Part shown: positions 27,419-41,490 of the stretch, piece after piece | Numbering within the stretch: position 1 is the stretch's first letter | Layout: each line of letters starts with the position of its first letter | From: a plasmid | Assembly: GCF_054482595.1 (NCBI RefSeq) | Contig: NZ_JBTHVH010000001.1 | Strand: one strand, 5' to 3' | Length of the DNA stretch: 64,000 nt | Translations under genes and position numbers: made by a program | Notes under the pieces: model-generated | What the model saw: only the letters and a program-made list of their open reading frames with translations | What the model was told of the DNA's origin: nothing | Databases searched by the model: none

Positions 27419-27855
27419 GTTTTCTCTCCAGCCTGTGCCAAGGCTTCAACTTCCAAATCATAAGACTCAAACTCATAGTCCTGGTCGTCAACTTCTTCAG
27501 GCACTGGCAGTAAATGCCAGGCTGAGTATATCTGACCATTATCAAAACGCTCCTGGCTGTAGAGCGTAGCGGCTATGAGTGTTAGCGCCGGGCGGTCATA
27601 ACGGTAAATTTTGCGAACGTCACGGTCAACGAGACGACCGAAATTACCATAACCGCGCTCCAGTAATAATTTTTTAATTTCCGGCCAGTATGGACCATAG
27701 CTGCGGTACAGGCGGGGATTTTTCAGTAATCGCCCGCGTAGCCCTGACAGGAAGAAATCAACGTATTCGTCTTCTGTCTTTCCTAACAACGCCGTACGCA
27801 GTACCGCCTCAAGATATGTTTTATTCGGTTTTATTGTATCAGATAGTGTGGCCAT
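27415..27855 (-). CDS. ulx: Ulx-like protein (darB operon)
   Basis: 146-aa ORF between darB and lxc; synteny-based. Confidence 0.45.
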   Translation of the reverse strand: MATLSDTIKPNKTYLEAVLRTALLGKTEDEYVDFFLSGLRGRLLKNPRLYRSYGPYWPEIKKLLLERGYGNFGRLVDRDVRKIYRYDRPALTLIAATLYSQERFDNGQIYSAWHLLPVPEEVDDQDYEFESYDLEVEALAQAGEKT

Positions 27856-27888
27856 ATTATGCGACGCCCGGCGAACCGGGCGCTCCTG

Positions 27889-30800
27889 TTATGCGTATTG
27901 TTGGATGACGGCCAGAACGTCCGCCACGTTGTGTTTTGTCTCGATAATCCACCAGTTACCCGGGAAATCGCTGTTCTTTGCCTTCGCTGGCAGCCAGCGA
28001 GCGCCGAATTTCGCCTTGATTGCGTCTTTCGCACGGAAAAGAATGCCTTTCATGCCGGACGCCTCCTGAAGCCCAAATACCTCGCCAGCGGCGAATTTTG
28101 GTGCGTACATCATCTTCAGGTCGGCGGTGGATACGCGATAATTCAGACCAAGAGACTGAGCTATGCTGGTGGCATCACCCTGTATTGATGATAACTCTTC
28201 TTGTTTCTCGTTTCTGGCGGCAATTTCTTCCTCCGTGATGTTGCCAAGGGCCAGGTTTATCCGATCAGCGTCGGCCTGTTTCTCTTCATCGGTGCGCCCG
28301 GCAAGAACCGTGTTAATTCTCTGCAATATCTCCACATGATTCTTGCGCATGCTGAGCAATTCCGGCGTAACCTCGTTAAGATCCACCAGCCCAAGGATGG
28401 CAAGGTCGGAAAACATTGATACCAGGTTGTAGGTCATGCGATAGCTGAGTTGGCCATAGGCTGATGGCAACTGCACCGCATCCATTTTATAGGCATCCAT
28501 AAATTTAGAGCCGTCGTTTACGACATCCGCAATTGCCGGTGTGATTTTCCCTGTGGTGGCGGCCTCCCTGATTGCTGTTACCCACGATTGAGTCAGTGCG
28601 GCGACTGCATGATTCAGATTGGCTTCCCGTTCTGCTGCGATGCGCGCGCTTGCTGCGTCCATTGCCTGCTTGATCTCGGCTTTATTGCTGTAAATGCCAA
28701 TGGTGCCAAACTGTGCTGTGGTGATCTCATAATCTGACGCCCGGAACTCATGGGTACCGAAAATGGCATTGGTGACCTCAAGTTCAGAATCCCCGTTACG
28801 AGTAGCCCCCTGGCTTGTTTTCTCCGGCATTCTGGCGATCGCATCCGCTATTTTCTCCTGAATTGCTTCAGGGGATAGCGTATCTCCATATGACGCGATT
28901 ACATCGCCATAATTGGAGCCAAACAGTTCAGTCAGGAATACTTCTGCCAAACGGACCTGGCGGTTATTCCCTTCAGACATCATACCAAGCACCCATTTTG
29001 CAATTGACGACTTCAGCGCGCCGTCACGGCGATCCGGGTAAACCGCATGCTTCAGTGGGTCCGTATAGGTACCAACAAAATCAATGCTATAGCCTGACTC
29101 TGTAGTCTGAACGCCGTATGAGTCAGTGATTTTGATCATGCCGCGCTGCTGGAAACGGTAGAAATCGTCACAGGAAATGATGTCGTTAATCCCGGCGATG
29201 GAGACGCCACCACTGATTTTCTGCATAACAGCATCTTCATCGGGAGTTACATCCACCTGTTTATCCAGCGTCTTCACATCCCAGTTACCCGATTTGGTGC
29301 CTCTTAAGGTAAAGATGATCTCCACGTCTGCGCGCTGGCTGTCGAAGTCCAGCGACTTAATGCGAACGATATCACCGGCACAATCGTAGTATTGGCCTAC
29401 ACGCCATGAGCGATCGCCGATAACAAGGAACTCATTCGCATGGTTAACCAGATCAGGATCAACATCCAGAATGCCTTTATTTATTGCATCCTCCACCAGC
29501 GGGCGCAGGCGTTTGATATCCGTCGCGGCCTTCTGAGTACGGTTCAATAATTTCTCATAGCGGGAGATGGCCTGAGAGATATTAGCCTTGCGCTGAATGG
29601 CGCTTTTCAACGACGCGCGATACTGTGCTAACAACATACGGTCTGTGTGATGGACACTCCCCCAGCGGGCCTTCCAGTCTGCGTTATCCGCTGCCTTGGC
29701 CATTGCCGCCTGTTTGAATTTAGCTACCTCGGCGGTGGTCTTTTCAAGTTCCGCTTTGCTTCGCTCTAATTCAGCGGTAAGTACCTCCACATCCTCGCCA
29801 GCTGCGTGCTGCGCCTTGATGTAGTTCTGAAGGTCGATAGTAGCCTGTTCTTTCTGGCGAGCGCGTTTCGCAGCTTTCGCCTTATCCATTTGAACCTGCA
29901 TCATTGCCAGACGTTCGCCGTCATCCTTCGCGGTATACATCTGCATTTCGATCATGTCATTGGCGTCGGCGTTCTCCATTTCTGACTTATCTGAACGGAG
30001 GATATCGGAGATCCAGCCTGCTTTACGCTTCAGCGTCTTCAGTCGGTATTCATCGAAAGACCCCTTGCCGCAGTAGTAGTGAACGCGAACGCTTGCACGG
30101 TTGGAACCAACTCGGGCACCGCGACCGTTACGCTGTGCGATACTGGCTGGTGTCCACGGCAACGTCAGGTGGTGGATATCCGTCGTTCCTCGATGCAGGT
30201 TGATACCCACCTCTGCCTTTTTGTTGCAGATGATGATCGGAGTCCGGCCCTCCTGGAAGTCGGCTGCAATCTTTTCCAGACCGCCCAACGACATTTCATT
30301 TTGCTGCGCGATATAGGCGTCATACAGAGCCATTTGCTCGTTGTATTTCGCTATCTGTGCATCTGTTGGTTCATCCGGTAGCTCTTTCGGCGGTTTAACC
30401 GCTTTCAGTTTCTTACCGGTTTTACCTGCCTCGGCAACCGTCTGAGCATTCAGGATCCCCACCTTTGAAGGTTCAAGGTTTAGAGCATTGCAGATAATGC
30501 GCTTGAGCTTCTGGTGCTGCGTTTTTTCATCGGTGAAGATGATTTGCTTACCTTCCGGGAAAAACTCCTTCAGCGTGGCGATCAGCTTCGCGTATTTCGG
30601 CGTAACGGGGTGAGTTACGGTCTGTTCGTCAATGCCAAACCTGGCCAGGCGCTTATTCACTTCCTGCTCGAACGCTTCCGGAACCTGCAACTGAATAAAC
30701 TCGCCCTTATCTATCAGGGAGTATTGCGATTGCTGCGTGATTGAATCATCACTGTCGTCGTCTTCGCTGGTGGCTTGTTTAGGCAAACTGTCCGCCAGCT

Positions 30801-33800
30801 GCTGCACCGCATCGGCGTACTCCGGCAGGAAACGATAGGTGATCCGGCGATAGTACAGGTCCATGTCAGTACATACGCGGTCCATATCCCTGATTATTGA
30901 GAAGATCGGACGGGCTTTCTCGTGCTCAATCACGCCATCTTCATTGACCGAGGTCGTTACGCCATTGTTGGCTTTGGCCGCCGCTTCCGCCTGCTGACGC
31001 AATTCTTCATACGCCGCCAGTTGTTCTTCAGTAAGTGGTGCATCCTGCTGGTGTTCGTCCAGCTCCGGGATCTCCACGGTATCCTTAACGTCTTCCGCCG
31101 TTTTAAGCGTTACCCAGCGATGGAATATACCGCGCAGCGCATCAAGGTTTTCAAAGCCCACCAGCGCCATTTTTTCTTCAACTTCACCGCTAATTTTCTG
31201 TACCGTTTCCAGCCTGGTCTTGCCGAAGAATTTAACGAAGTCATCAGGACCGTAGATCCCCATGTTCTGCCAGTATTCCTTCGGCAGAACATGAGAAAGC
31301 ATGTTGTATGCATCGATCGGGGTGTTAACGACTGGCGTTGCAGTCAGGAGAACCGGCCCGCGCCCGCCATTCTTTTTCATCAGGTACGCGTTTTTAATTG
31401 CCATATCTCGCGCCGATTGCGCCACCGCGCTGGTGGGCAGATAGGCCAGTTGTGACGCTTCGCGACCATTTTTATAGCTATTGCGGTAGTTGTGACCTTC
31501 GTCAGCGATCACACTATCGAAGCCCATATCCTCAAAGTACGGATACTTCTCTGCTTTTTCGGTGCCGGTATCTGAATACTCCGACAATACCCGGCGACGC
31601 GCAGCCTCTTTGCGGTGGGAGTCGGAGTCCATTGCGCTGGCTACGCGCCCGGCGGCAACGAAGTCATAAAGCATATCCTGTGCATGCTCATCTACGGTGT
31701 CATCACGTAGCGGAATGCGGGCGTATTGTTCTTTGGTAAACACGACTGCACGGTAATTTGAGTGCGGGATCGCGTTCATCCGCGCCGTGATAGTGGCTTC
31801 ATCTGCCAGCTTAAGAGCATCGCGCATAACGGGAGTGCCATCTGCACCAACGACAGGTTTACCGTTCTCATCGAGCACCGGCACCAGGCGAATCTGATCG
31901 CCATCCATCAGCACATCAAGACCGACGAACAGGTAGTTACTGAATGCCTCTTCACTCAGAAACTCTTTTGCTTCGTAATACCAGTTTTCCAGCACTGATT
32001 TAGGCACTACATACGCAGTACGGGTGGAACGACCGTTCTCATAGTTGAACGCCTCAAGCGCCAGCGCGGTCGTGGTTTTACCCAGCCCGGTACCGAAGCC
32101 CAGGATGCCGCGCCCATCTTCGGACAGTCGGCGCACCTCGCTATTCTGGTAATCAAATGGCTGTCGCTTACCGCTTAATCCCTTCAACCCAAGCGGATCG
32201 CCAGAGTGTTCATACGGGATATTGCTATTGAACACATCGTTGTATTTGGCAACCAGCTCATCGTAGCGATCGTGCGTCTTGATCCACGTATTGAACTGGT
32301 CCTCAAGCAGTGCCATCTGCTCGCGGTAGCCGTTCGCCGTCGCGCTATCTTTGCCACCGATACGCGCACCATTGAGATACTTTTCCAGCTGTGCCGGGAA
32401 CCCGGTCGCGTTTTCACCTGATTTACGGTCCCACTCGTAGCGGATCTCGCCTGTTTCTTTATCCTTGCGCTGGACGACACCGTATCGGTGCCCGACGAAC
32501 AGACCATCACCACCGTGATAGGTGTCAGAAACCATTTCGTCGCCTTCCAGCTGCACTGACTGCACATAGCGCAGATCCGGATAGCCGTTTTCCTGCAAAA
32601 ATTCCAGAATCACGGAACGGTCGAACCAACGGCTATTGAGCTTAAACCGGATATTCTCTGCTGGCGTCTTGATGCGCTTCTCTTCGATCGCTGCCAGCTG
32701 ATTAAGGACGTTGTTCTTTACTGGACCGTCGGGGAGCGTGGCGAGGAATTCCTGTTTTGGAGCCACTATCTCGTTAATGTCGCCGCTGGTGGCGCGGGCG
32801 AACGGAACAATCCCGCCATACGGTGAAACCGCAATGCCAGGGGTGCTGGCCAATAAATTAAGCAACTCGTCATCACTGGCTGGCAGTTCGCCGGTAAACG
32901 CAAGGCGGAAATCATCGAGCTGGATTGGATCGCGGGTAAGATCGCTATAGAGATAACGCAGGGTGTCCTGATAGCTGGTGGAGTCATAACTGGCGCTGGA
33001 ATCATGCGTAACCAGCTTTCCTGTCAGCTCGTCAGAAATAGTGCCATCCAGCTTAATTGCACCACGGAAAGCAAACCAGGCGCGCGCACCGCTCCCCGAT
33101 AATTTCGCTATCGGACCGCGACCGGGGTTACCAAAACGGTCAATCTCTGCCTGCAAACGGGATACCAGAGAAAGGCGCTGCTGTTCGATTTGTTCAGCAC
33201 TATGCCCGGCGGCCTTCATGTCCTGATATTCAATTAACATCCGGCCAATCATCGCTCCGCGATACAAGCGTTCACGGTATTTTTCAGGCTGGCTGTTAAT
33301 CCAGTCCACCAGCTGCACCATATCGTCGCTGATTGATGTGGTGTACTTATCGCGGACATTTGCCATCTGGGTAAATGTCATACCGAGACGGCCTTCTGTT
33401 GTAGTCAGGTTACGCTGAAGAGCCTCCCAGCTATCCGCACCATAACTGGCAACCTCAATCTTCAGCTCCTTCCCGGCATCAGCTTCAATCCAGCGACCAC
33501 CAGCATATTTTTGCCATACGCCATTAATCAGGCGCATTTCCCCTTCATCAACAACATCTGCGGTCGGTGACGGTTCAGCCATATCGAGCAAAGACCAGTC
33601 GATACGACTTTCGAAACGATGAATCAGCTTCGCTTTAAGAGCCTGGTTATCAATCTGCCCGTCGGCACGAACCTCAATACGCCCCTGGAATCCCTTCTCC
33701 TGAGTGCCATGAACAAACCGGCGGCCGTCCTTTTCAAACCACTTGCCAGAAATAAACGTTGGCCAAAGCACATTTGCCGATTCAAGAGTGTCTTCATCCA

Positions 33801-34656
33801 CCAGGGGGATTTTCTCAGCCATCTCCGCCGGATGTTTGCGCATCAGCACCACGTCAACGACCGTACTGGTCCCGTTTGCGTCAAAAGTACCGGTAGGCAA
33901 GCGGTGGGCACCAAGAAATTCAGCTTTCCGTGATAGGCGCAGGCGTAACCGCTTCATGTTTGAACCTGAAACAATGGACGGCGGCACAATCACGCACATG
34001 AATCCGCCTGGCTTTATCTTGTCCAGCATGCGGAGCATGAAGTAAGAACCCATGTCCGTTTCTTCTGCGTAAGGCTTATCGATGTTGCGTGTGTTATCAC
34101 GACCACCGAACGGAACGTTACCCACAACATGGTCGAATGAATCGTTAGGCGTGCTTACAGCCAGTTGTTCGAACGGGGAAATCTGTACGCTGTCTTCCGG
34201 ATGTAACAGCTGGTTTATACGACCGGAAACACTGCTGATCTCAGTCGCGGTCATCACCGTACCAACCGGTTTTGTCTCATTAAAAACGCCGGTGCCCGCC
34301 GATGGTTCCAGAGTGTTACCTACGTCCGCGCCGTAGAGCTTCATGATCTCCCAGACACCTTCAGCGATCGGCTTTGGTGTGTAATATTCGGAGACGGACC
34401 CGCCAATGCCACCTTCACCGGTGTACCCAGCCAGGATCTGGCGCTGTTCATCTGTCAGTGTCGCGCCGTCCACCAGCGAATTAAGCAAATCTATCGCCTT
34501 CTGATTCGCCTCACGGCGCAGTCGGTCATAGCTTTTGCCTTCCACCTTTTCCACGCCGTATTTAATCGGCGCTCGGTGAGATGTTATTGCCCTAATGTAT
34601 TTCAATATTTCGCTGACACTTGAACAGCGAAACACCCCCATAGATAGCTTGTTCAT
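27889..34656 (-). CDS. darB: DarB antirestriction protein (methyltransferase + helicase domains)
   Basis: 2255-aa ORF; helicase motifs GFGTGLGKT and DEGHNYRN. Confidence 0.85.
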   Translation of the reverse strand: MNKLSMGVFRCSSVSEILKYIRAITSHRAPIKYGVEKVEGKSYDRLRREANQKAIDLLNSLVDGATLTDEQRQILAGYTGEGGIGGSVSEYYTPKPIAEGVWEIMKLYGADVGNTLEPSAGTGVFNETKPVGTVMTATEISSVSGRINQLLHPEDSVQISPFEQLAVSTPNDSFDHVVGNVPFGGRDNTRNIDKPYAEETDMGSYFMLRMLDKIKPGGFMCVIVPPSIVSGSNMKRLRLRLSRKAEFLGAHRLPTGTFDANGTSTVVDVVLMRKHPAEMAEKIPLVDEDTLESANVLWPTFISGKWFEKDGRRFVHGTQEKGFQGRIEVRADGQIDNQALKAKLIHRFESRIDWSLLDMAEPSPTADVVDEGEMRLINGVWQKYAGGRWIEADAGKELKIEVASYGADSWEALQRNLTTTEGRLGMTFTQMANVRDKYTTSISDDMVQLVDWINSQPEKYRERLYRGAMIGRMLIEYQDMKAAGHSAEQIEQQRLSLVSRLQAEIDRFGNPGRGPIAKLSGSGARAWFAFRGAIKLDGTISDELTGKLVTHDSSASYDSTSYQDTLRYLYSDLTRDPIQLDDFRLAFTGELPASDDELLNLLASTPGIAVSPYGGIVPFARATSGDINEIVAPKQEFLATLPDGPVKNNVLNQLAAIEEKRIKTPAENIRFKLNSRWFDRSVILEFLQENGYPDLRYVQSVQLEGDEMVSDTYHGGDGLFVGHRYGVVQRKDKETGEIRYEWDRKSGENATGFPAQLEKYLNGARIGGKDSATANGYREQMALLEDQFNTWIKTHDRYDELVAKYNDVFNSNIPYEHSGDPLGLKGLSGKRQPFDYQNSEVRRLSEDGRGILGFGTGLGKTTTALALEAFNYENGRSTRTAYVVPKSVLENWYYEAKEFLSEEAFSNYLFVGLDVLMDGDQIRLVPVLDENGKPVVGADGTPVMRDALKLADEATITARMNAIPHSNYRAVVFTKEQYARIPLRDDTVDEHAQDMLYDFVAAGRVASAMDSDSHRKEAARRRVLSEYSDTGTEKAEKYPYFEDMGFDSVIADEGHNYRNSYKNGREASQLAYLPTSAVAQSARDMAIKNAYLMKKNGGRGPVLLTATPVVNTPIDAYNMLSHVLPKEYWQNMGIYGPDDFVKFFGKTRLETVQKISGEVEEKMALVGFENLDALRGIFHRWVTLKTAEDVKDTVEIPELDEHQQDAPLTEEQLAAYEELRQQAEAAAKANNGVTTSVNEDGVIEHEKARPIFSIIRDMDRVCTDMDLYYRRITYRFLPEYADAVQQLADSLPKQATSEDDDSDDSITQQSQYSLIDKGEFIQLQVPEAFEQEVNKRLARFGIDEQTVTHPVTPKYAKLIATLKEFFPEGKQIIFTDEKTQHQKLKRIICNALNLEPSKVGILNAQTVAEAGKTGKKLKAVKPPKELPDEPTDAQIAKYNEQMALYDAYIAQQNEMSLGGLEKIAADFQEGRTPIIICNKKAEVGINLHRGTTDIHHLTLPWTPASIAQRNGRGARVGSNRASVRVHYYCGKGSFDEYRLKTLKRKAGWISDILRSDKSEMENADANDMIEMQMYTAKDDGERLAMMQVQMDKAKAAKRARQKEQATIDLQNYIKAQHAAGEDVEVLTAELERSKAELEKTTAEVAKFKQAAMAKAADNADWKARWGSVHHTDRMLLAQYRASLKSAIQRKANISQAISRYEKLLNRTQKAATDIKRLRPLVEDAINKGILDVDPDLVNHANEFLVIGDRSWRVGQYYDCAGDIVRIKSLDFDSQRADVEIIFTLRGTKSGNWDVKTLDKQVDVTPDEDAVMQKISGGVSIAGINDIISCDDFYRFQQRGMIKITDSYGVQTTESGYSIDFVGTYTDPLKHAVYPDRRDGALKSSIAKWVLGMMSEGNNRQVRLAEVFLTELFGSNYGDVIASYGDTLSPEAIQEKIADAIARMPEKTSQGATRNGDSELEVTNAIFGTHEFRASDYEITTAQFGTIGIYSNKAEIKQAMDAASARIAAEREANLNHAVAALTQSWVTAIREAATTGKITPAIADVVNDGSKFMDAYKMDAVQLPSAYGQLSYRMTYNLVSMFSDLAILGLVDLNEVTPELLSMRKNHVEILQRINTVLAGRTDEEKQADADRINLALGNITEEEIAARNEKQEELSSIQGDATSIAQSLGLNYRVSTADLKMMYAPKFAAGEVFGLQEASGMKGILFRAKDAIKAKFGARWLPAKAKNSDFPGNWWIIETKHNVADVLAVIQQYA

Positions 34657-34723
34657 TGGTAATCCTTAACAAGTGACTAGTGTTAAATTTCCGTTCAAAC
34701 ACGATGCGAATTATTCTAATTAA

Positions 34724-37454
<2,731 letters not shown>

Positions 37455-37498
37455 CCACCAAAAATAACCCCGGCGAGTGCCGGGGTTCTCGTTAACTA

Positions 37499-37753
37499 TT
37501 ATCGACTTCGCCTGCGTGCCATATATTTGCGCACCGCGCGGCGTGGACAATCTGAAGCGGTTTCTTTCTGCTGCATCAATCTCGCGGCCATGCTCAAAAA
37601 TGTCAGGCACAGCCGAAGCCCGGCATACAATAGCGGTTCCAGTGGCCACGTTTCATTAAGCACATATACCGCCATGAAAATCGAGTCGAAAACTATCGCT
37701 GCCAGCGATAACTTCATTGTCGAAAGTCTGCGGAGCTGCCGGAGTTTATTCAT
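37499..37753 (-). CDS. hypothetical membrane protein downstream of lyz
   Basis: 84-aa ORF with start overlapping lyz stop. Confidence 0.3.
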   Translation of the reverse strand: MNKLRQLRRLSTMKLSLAAIVFDSIFMAVYVLNETWPLEPLLYAGLRLCLTFLSMAARLMQQKETASDCPRRAVRKYMARRRSR

Positions 37754-38303
37754 TGACCAGTCCCGTCAGGCAAAGCTGGCGTTCTTTTTCACGGCGAATC
37801 TTTAAACCTCGCAGGGGCACGCCGTTACTGTTCACAAAATCAGGGAGATGGTTACACATATTCACCCATTCCCCTTTCTGCGCCCACTTGTGGATGGACG
37901 TTTCGACTCGCATGCCTCGCGCTTTGCTGTAGTAGGTCCGTAAGCTATTGCATCCCATATTGAATGCCGCGCTTGTCATTGCACTAAAGGCATTATCGGG
38001 CATGTCTTTGCCCCGGAAGTGCTGATTAATACAGCGTTCAGCGATCAGGATATTCTTTTCCCAATCAGCGGCGATTTGCTGGTCGGTTTTTCGCACACCC
38101 GGCGTTACCCCGTGTGTATTACCGATCCCGTCAGTCCATACCCCCGCCGGGCACATGTATGGATCACGTCGGCAACCTTCAGCGTTACCAATCAGCTCAA
38201 GCCCCGCCTGGTTGGTTCGCACATTGCCATTACCCATTACGATGGTAATCATCACCGCGATAGCGCAAATTGCACCGCCTCCTGCGGCTGTTTTTCCCTT
38301 CAT
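37746..38303 (-). CDS. lyz: SAR endolysin (T4-lysozyme family)
   Basis: 185 aa; N-terminal Gly/Ala-rich SAR segment AAGGGAICAIAVMITIVMG. Confidence 0.9.
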   Translation of the reverse strand: MKGKTAAGGGAICAIAVMITIVMGNGNVRTNQAGLELIGNAEGCRRDPYMCPAGVWTDGIGNTHGVTPGVRKTDQQIAADWEKNILIAERCINQHFRGKDMPDNAFSAMTSAAFNMGCNSLRTYYSKARGMRVETSIHKWAQKGEWVNMCNHLPDFVNSNGVPLRGLKIRREKERQLCLTGLVNE

Positions 38304-38435
38304 AAAGACCTCATAAGCGAATTTTTACGCTCCAGGACAAACACCCATTCACAGCCAATACCGACTGACTCGATCCCTTTAGAAGGCACAGGATAATGCA
38401 AATCACTTGTTAGCTACGTTTCAAAGATATACATT

Positions 38436-38452
38436 ATTGCTCTAATCATTTT
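38436..38452 (+). promoter_or_regulatory. C1 operator-like site upstream of ssb
   Basis: ATTGCTCTAATCATTTT. Confidence 0.55.
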
Positions 38453-38471
38453 ATTTTATTAGGTAAGATAA

Positions 38472-38960
38472 GTGGCACAACGCGGTGTAAACAAAGTCAT
38501 CCTGATTGGTACCCTGGGGCAAGACCCGGAGATCAGGTATATACCAAATGGCGGAGCGGTCGGAAGACTAAGCATCGCAACAAATGAATCATGGCGCGAC
38601 AAGCAAACGGGCCAACAGAAAGAGCAAACAGAATGGCATAGAGTCGTTTTGTTCGGGAAACTTGCTGAAATTGCGAGTGAGTATTTACGAAAAGGTTCTC
38701 AGGTCTACATCGAAGGGAAACTTAAAACCCGTAAGTGGACAGATGACGCCGGTGTAGAACGTTACACGACGGAAATTATCGTCAACCAGGGCGGCACCAT
38801 GCAAATGATCGGCGCTCGCCGTGACGATTCACAGTCCTCAAATGGCTGGGGGCAATCGAACCAACCTCAAAACCACCAGCAATACAGTGGTGGCGGTAAA
38901 CCTCAGAGCAACGCCAATAACGAACCTCCAATGGACTTTGACGACGATATTCCGTTTTAG
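38472..38960 (+). CDS. ssb: single-stranded DNA-binding protein
   Basis: [22 protein letters not shown]... OB-fold; C-terminal DFDDDIPF tail. Confidence 0.9.
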   Translation: MAQRGVNKVILIGTLGQDPEIRYIPNGGAVGRLSIATNESWRDKQTGQQKEQTEWHRVVLFGKLAEIASEYLRKGSQVYIEGKLKTRKWTDDAGVERYTTEIIVNQGGTMQMIGARRDDSQSSNGWGQSNQPQNHQQYSGGGKPQSNANNEPPMDFDDDIPF

Positions 38961-39162
38961 AGTTTATGAGTAAAAAACGACTGAAAGAAAAGCGGTGGTC
39001 AAGACGCCGACAAAAGCACGAACTCGCAAACAAACGCCAAAGTTGGCAATGGCACGCGCTTTTAACGAATAGAACACCCCGAGATATTGCTTTCGCTGGT
39101 GGGAAAACATTCCTAACCAACCTGAAGGCGCAATACATCAGTTTTTAAGCAGAGAAAAGACT

Positions 39163-39957
39163 ATGACAGCACAAAATACTAAAACCATTCAATACCGCCT
39201 GCGTAATGGCCAGAGTGTAGAAGTGACCATCAATAATGATGGTGTACCTGGCGAAAAGGTTTCGATCTCTGATCTGGCTATCGAAAAAACCATCATGTGC
39301 CACCTTGGCTTTACTGAAGAAGTGAGCAAAAAGCATGGTGTAGCTATCTGGCGCACAATGGATACTGGCATGCGCAGATTCATTACTGCTCGTACCCCTG
39401 GTATGACCATGATGGACCTCATACAGATTGCGCCGCTGTTTGAGTGTGAACCTTTGGATGTATTCAGCAATCCAGCTATCTGCCAGCAGTTATATGGTGA
39501 GATGAAACTCGCGGTTACCCCCATTGTGCTGCATGAAGGATCGCTTGCTGGCGTATGGAAAGTAGAGCGAATTTCAAGCTACATGCCATTCCACATCCAT
39601 GTCAACGGCGTAATCGCAGGTGAAAATCAACCTGTTTCCGTTATAAAGTCAGACCTCAATCGCGCAATTCTTGAAGCAAGTTGTCGAGTTATCGGCCTGG
39701 GCAAACAGTCTTATGTTTCCTTCCCGGCTGGTCCTGAAGGCCCGGCAGAAATTCTGATTATGGATGCTGATCTGCTCTGGCAAATACAGTTTCTGATTGG
39801 CAAAAGCATCATCCGTGCTGAAGAACTCGATCAGTACATTACCTGCACGATGACGGATGAAGTCAAAAGTGTGGCTATAGCCAATGCCCGGAACCTGTGT
39901 CGTGCTGCATTAACAGAACCGCAAGAAAACATTCCAGAAGAAACAGAAAGTGACTAA
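39163..39957 (+). CDS. hypothetical protein (264 aa)
   Basis: ORF with SD; followed by hairpin. Confidence 0.55.
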   Translation: MTAQNTKTIQYRLRNGQSVEVTINNDGVPGEKVSISDLAIEKTIMCHLGFTEEVSKKHGVAIWRTMDTGMRRFITARTPGMTMMDLIQIAPLFECEPLDVFSNPAICQQLYGEMKLAVTPIVLHEGSLAGVWKVERISSYMPFHIHVNGVIAGENQPVSVIKSDLNRAILEASCRVIGLGKQSYVSFPAGPEGPAEILIMDADLLWQIQFLIGKSIIRAEELDQYITCTMTDEVKSVAIANARNLCRAALTEPQENIPEETESD

Positions 39958-40154
39958 TAAAAACCCCGTCAGTTGGCGGGGAACTCCACGTCAAATGGCC
40001 AATTGTTATGTCAGCTAGCAGTTAAAGCGCCTAGTCATCATCTTTTAAAGAAGTCTTTTTAACTTACCTAAATTAGTGACACCTCCCGTTTTGCTTGCTA
40101 TTGTACGCATTCATGAATCTATTCATTAATCTATTCACAATAGTAATTAAAACT

Positions 40155-41459
40155 ATGGCTATACATGCAACAACAATCCGTAATTTGCTCAATCAAGGTC
40201 CTATGACACCAAGACAATTGGTTGAAAGACTAGGTGTTAGCCAACCAACGATATCTAGAGCATTAAGAGATCTTGGTGATGAAATCGTTAGGATCGGAAA
40301 TGGAAGATCTATTCAATATGCTTTACGAGACTCTTTTAGAGGATTCGAATCAGTCCCCATTTATCGTATAACTGAAGAGGGGTGTATTTGCGTTCTTGGT
40401 ACTCTCATTCCGGTGAGGCCAGAAGGCTATGTTATGGTTGAGGAAGGGAAAAATAACAGGCATAGCGATGGGTTACCTTGGTGGTTATTTGATATGCGTC
40501 CACAAGGCTTCCTTGGAAGAGCATATGCATCAGCATATGCTCTTGAACTTAACCTTCCCTCAAATCCAGAGCAATGGTCAGATACTGACGTGATCAAAGC
40601 CTTACTTAAGCATGGGCATGATGTTGTTGGTAATTTGTTAATTGGAGAGCAAGCACGCACGCATTTTTTAGAGATGCAGCCTCCTGTTCCTGTTAATCGT
40701 GAAAGTGAATATCCTGTATTAGCTTTAGCTGCTGGTGAAGGTGATGTGCCCGGTTCATCTGCTGGAGGTGAACAACCCAAATTTTGTACTTTCACAGAGC
40801 GTGGACATGTATTAGTGAAATTCTCTGCGCCTAACGACACCCCTATAAGTGAGCGTTGGAGAGATCTCTTGTTTGCTGAACATCTCGCATTAAAAGTTCT
40901 GGGGGTAGAAACAGAAGTTTTTGATTATAACGGTCAGAGATTCTTGGAAATTCCCCGATTTGATCGTGTTGGTCAACTAGGTCGGGTAGGTGTATTCTCA
41001 CTTCGTGCACTTGATGCAGAATTTGTTGGGAATGCAAGAGCAACATGGCCCTTGCTGGTTAAAGAGTTGGTAAAAAATAAGTGCGTCCATCCTGATGCGA
41101 TTATTATAGCAACAAGGCTATGGTCTTTTGGTTTGCTAATAGGCAATACCGATATGCATAATGGTAACCTATCGTTTATTAGTAGCCACGGACGCCCATA
41201 TCATATTGCTCCAGCCTATGACATGTTACCTATGGGTTTTGCTCCACGCTCTGGGGGAGCAATATCTAATGAGCTTAGAAAAACAGCACTACCAGACTTT
41301 GTAAGTCGAAAAATATGGGATGAATCTCTTGAATTGGCTGAAAAATTTTATGCATTGGCCTGTGAGTCCGACAAATTCTCAGCTAACTTTACTCCATGTT
41401 TAGAAGCGCTACGCATCCACCTAGATGATTGTAAGATACGCATAGCCCGCCTGGCATAA
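40155..41459 (+). CDS. HipA-family Ser/Thr kinase with N-terminal HTH (YjjJ/HipH-like architecture)
   Basis: HTH MTPRQLVERLGVSQPTISRALRDLG; catalytic-loop GNTDMHNGNLS; AT-rich; start could be 40095/40113. Confidence 0.7.
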   Translation: MAIHATTIRNLLNQGPMTPRQLVERLGVSQPTISRALRDLGDEIVRIGNGRSIQYALRDSFRGFESVPIYRITEEGCICVLGTLIPVRPEGYVMVEEGKNNRHSDGLPWWLFDMRPQGFLGRAYASAYALELNLPSNPEQWSDTDVIKALLKHGHDVVGNLLIGEQARTHFLEMQPPVPVNRESEYPVLALAAGEGDVPGSSAGGEQPKFCTFTERGHVLVKFSAPNDTPISERWRDLLFAEHLALKVLGVETEVFDYNGQRFLEIPRFDRVGQLGRVGVFSLRALDAEFVGNARATWPLLVKELVKNKCVHPDAIIIATRLWSFGLLIGNTDMHNGNLSFISSHGRPYHIAPAYDMLPMGFAPRSGGAISNELRKTALPDFVSRKIWDESLELAEKFYALACESDKFSANFTPCLEALRIHLDDCKIRIARLA

Positions 41460-41490
41460 ACAACAAATCCCGCCGATTGGCGGGATTTCT

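Noticed and set aside
28815-34336. Many 60-180-aa ORFs on the plus strand across the darB region (for example 30922..31455, 33619..33933)
   Set aside because: Nested antisense to the continuous 2255-aa darB ORF; shadow ORFs.
37527-37932. Plus-strand ORFs 37527..37805 and 37717..37932 between pro and lyz
   Set aside because: Overlap the lyz 3' end and the downstream minus-strand ORF; no SD.
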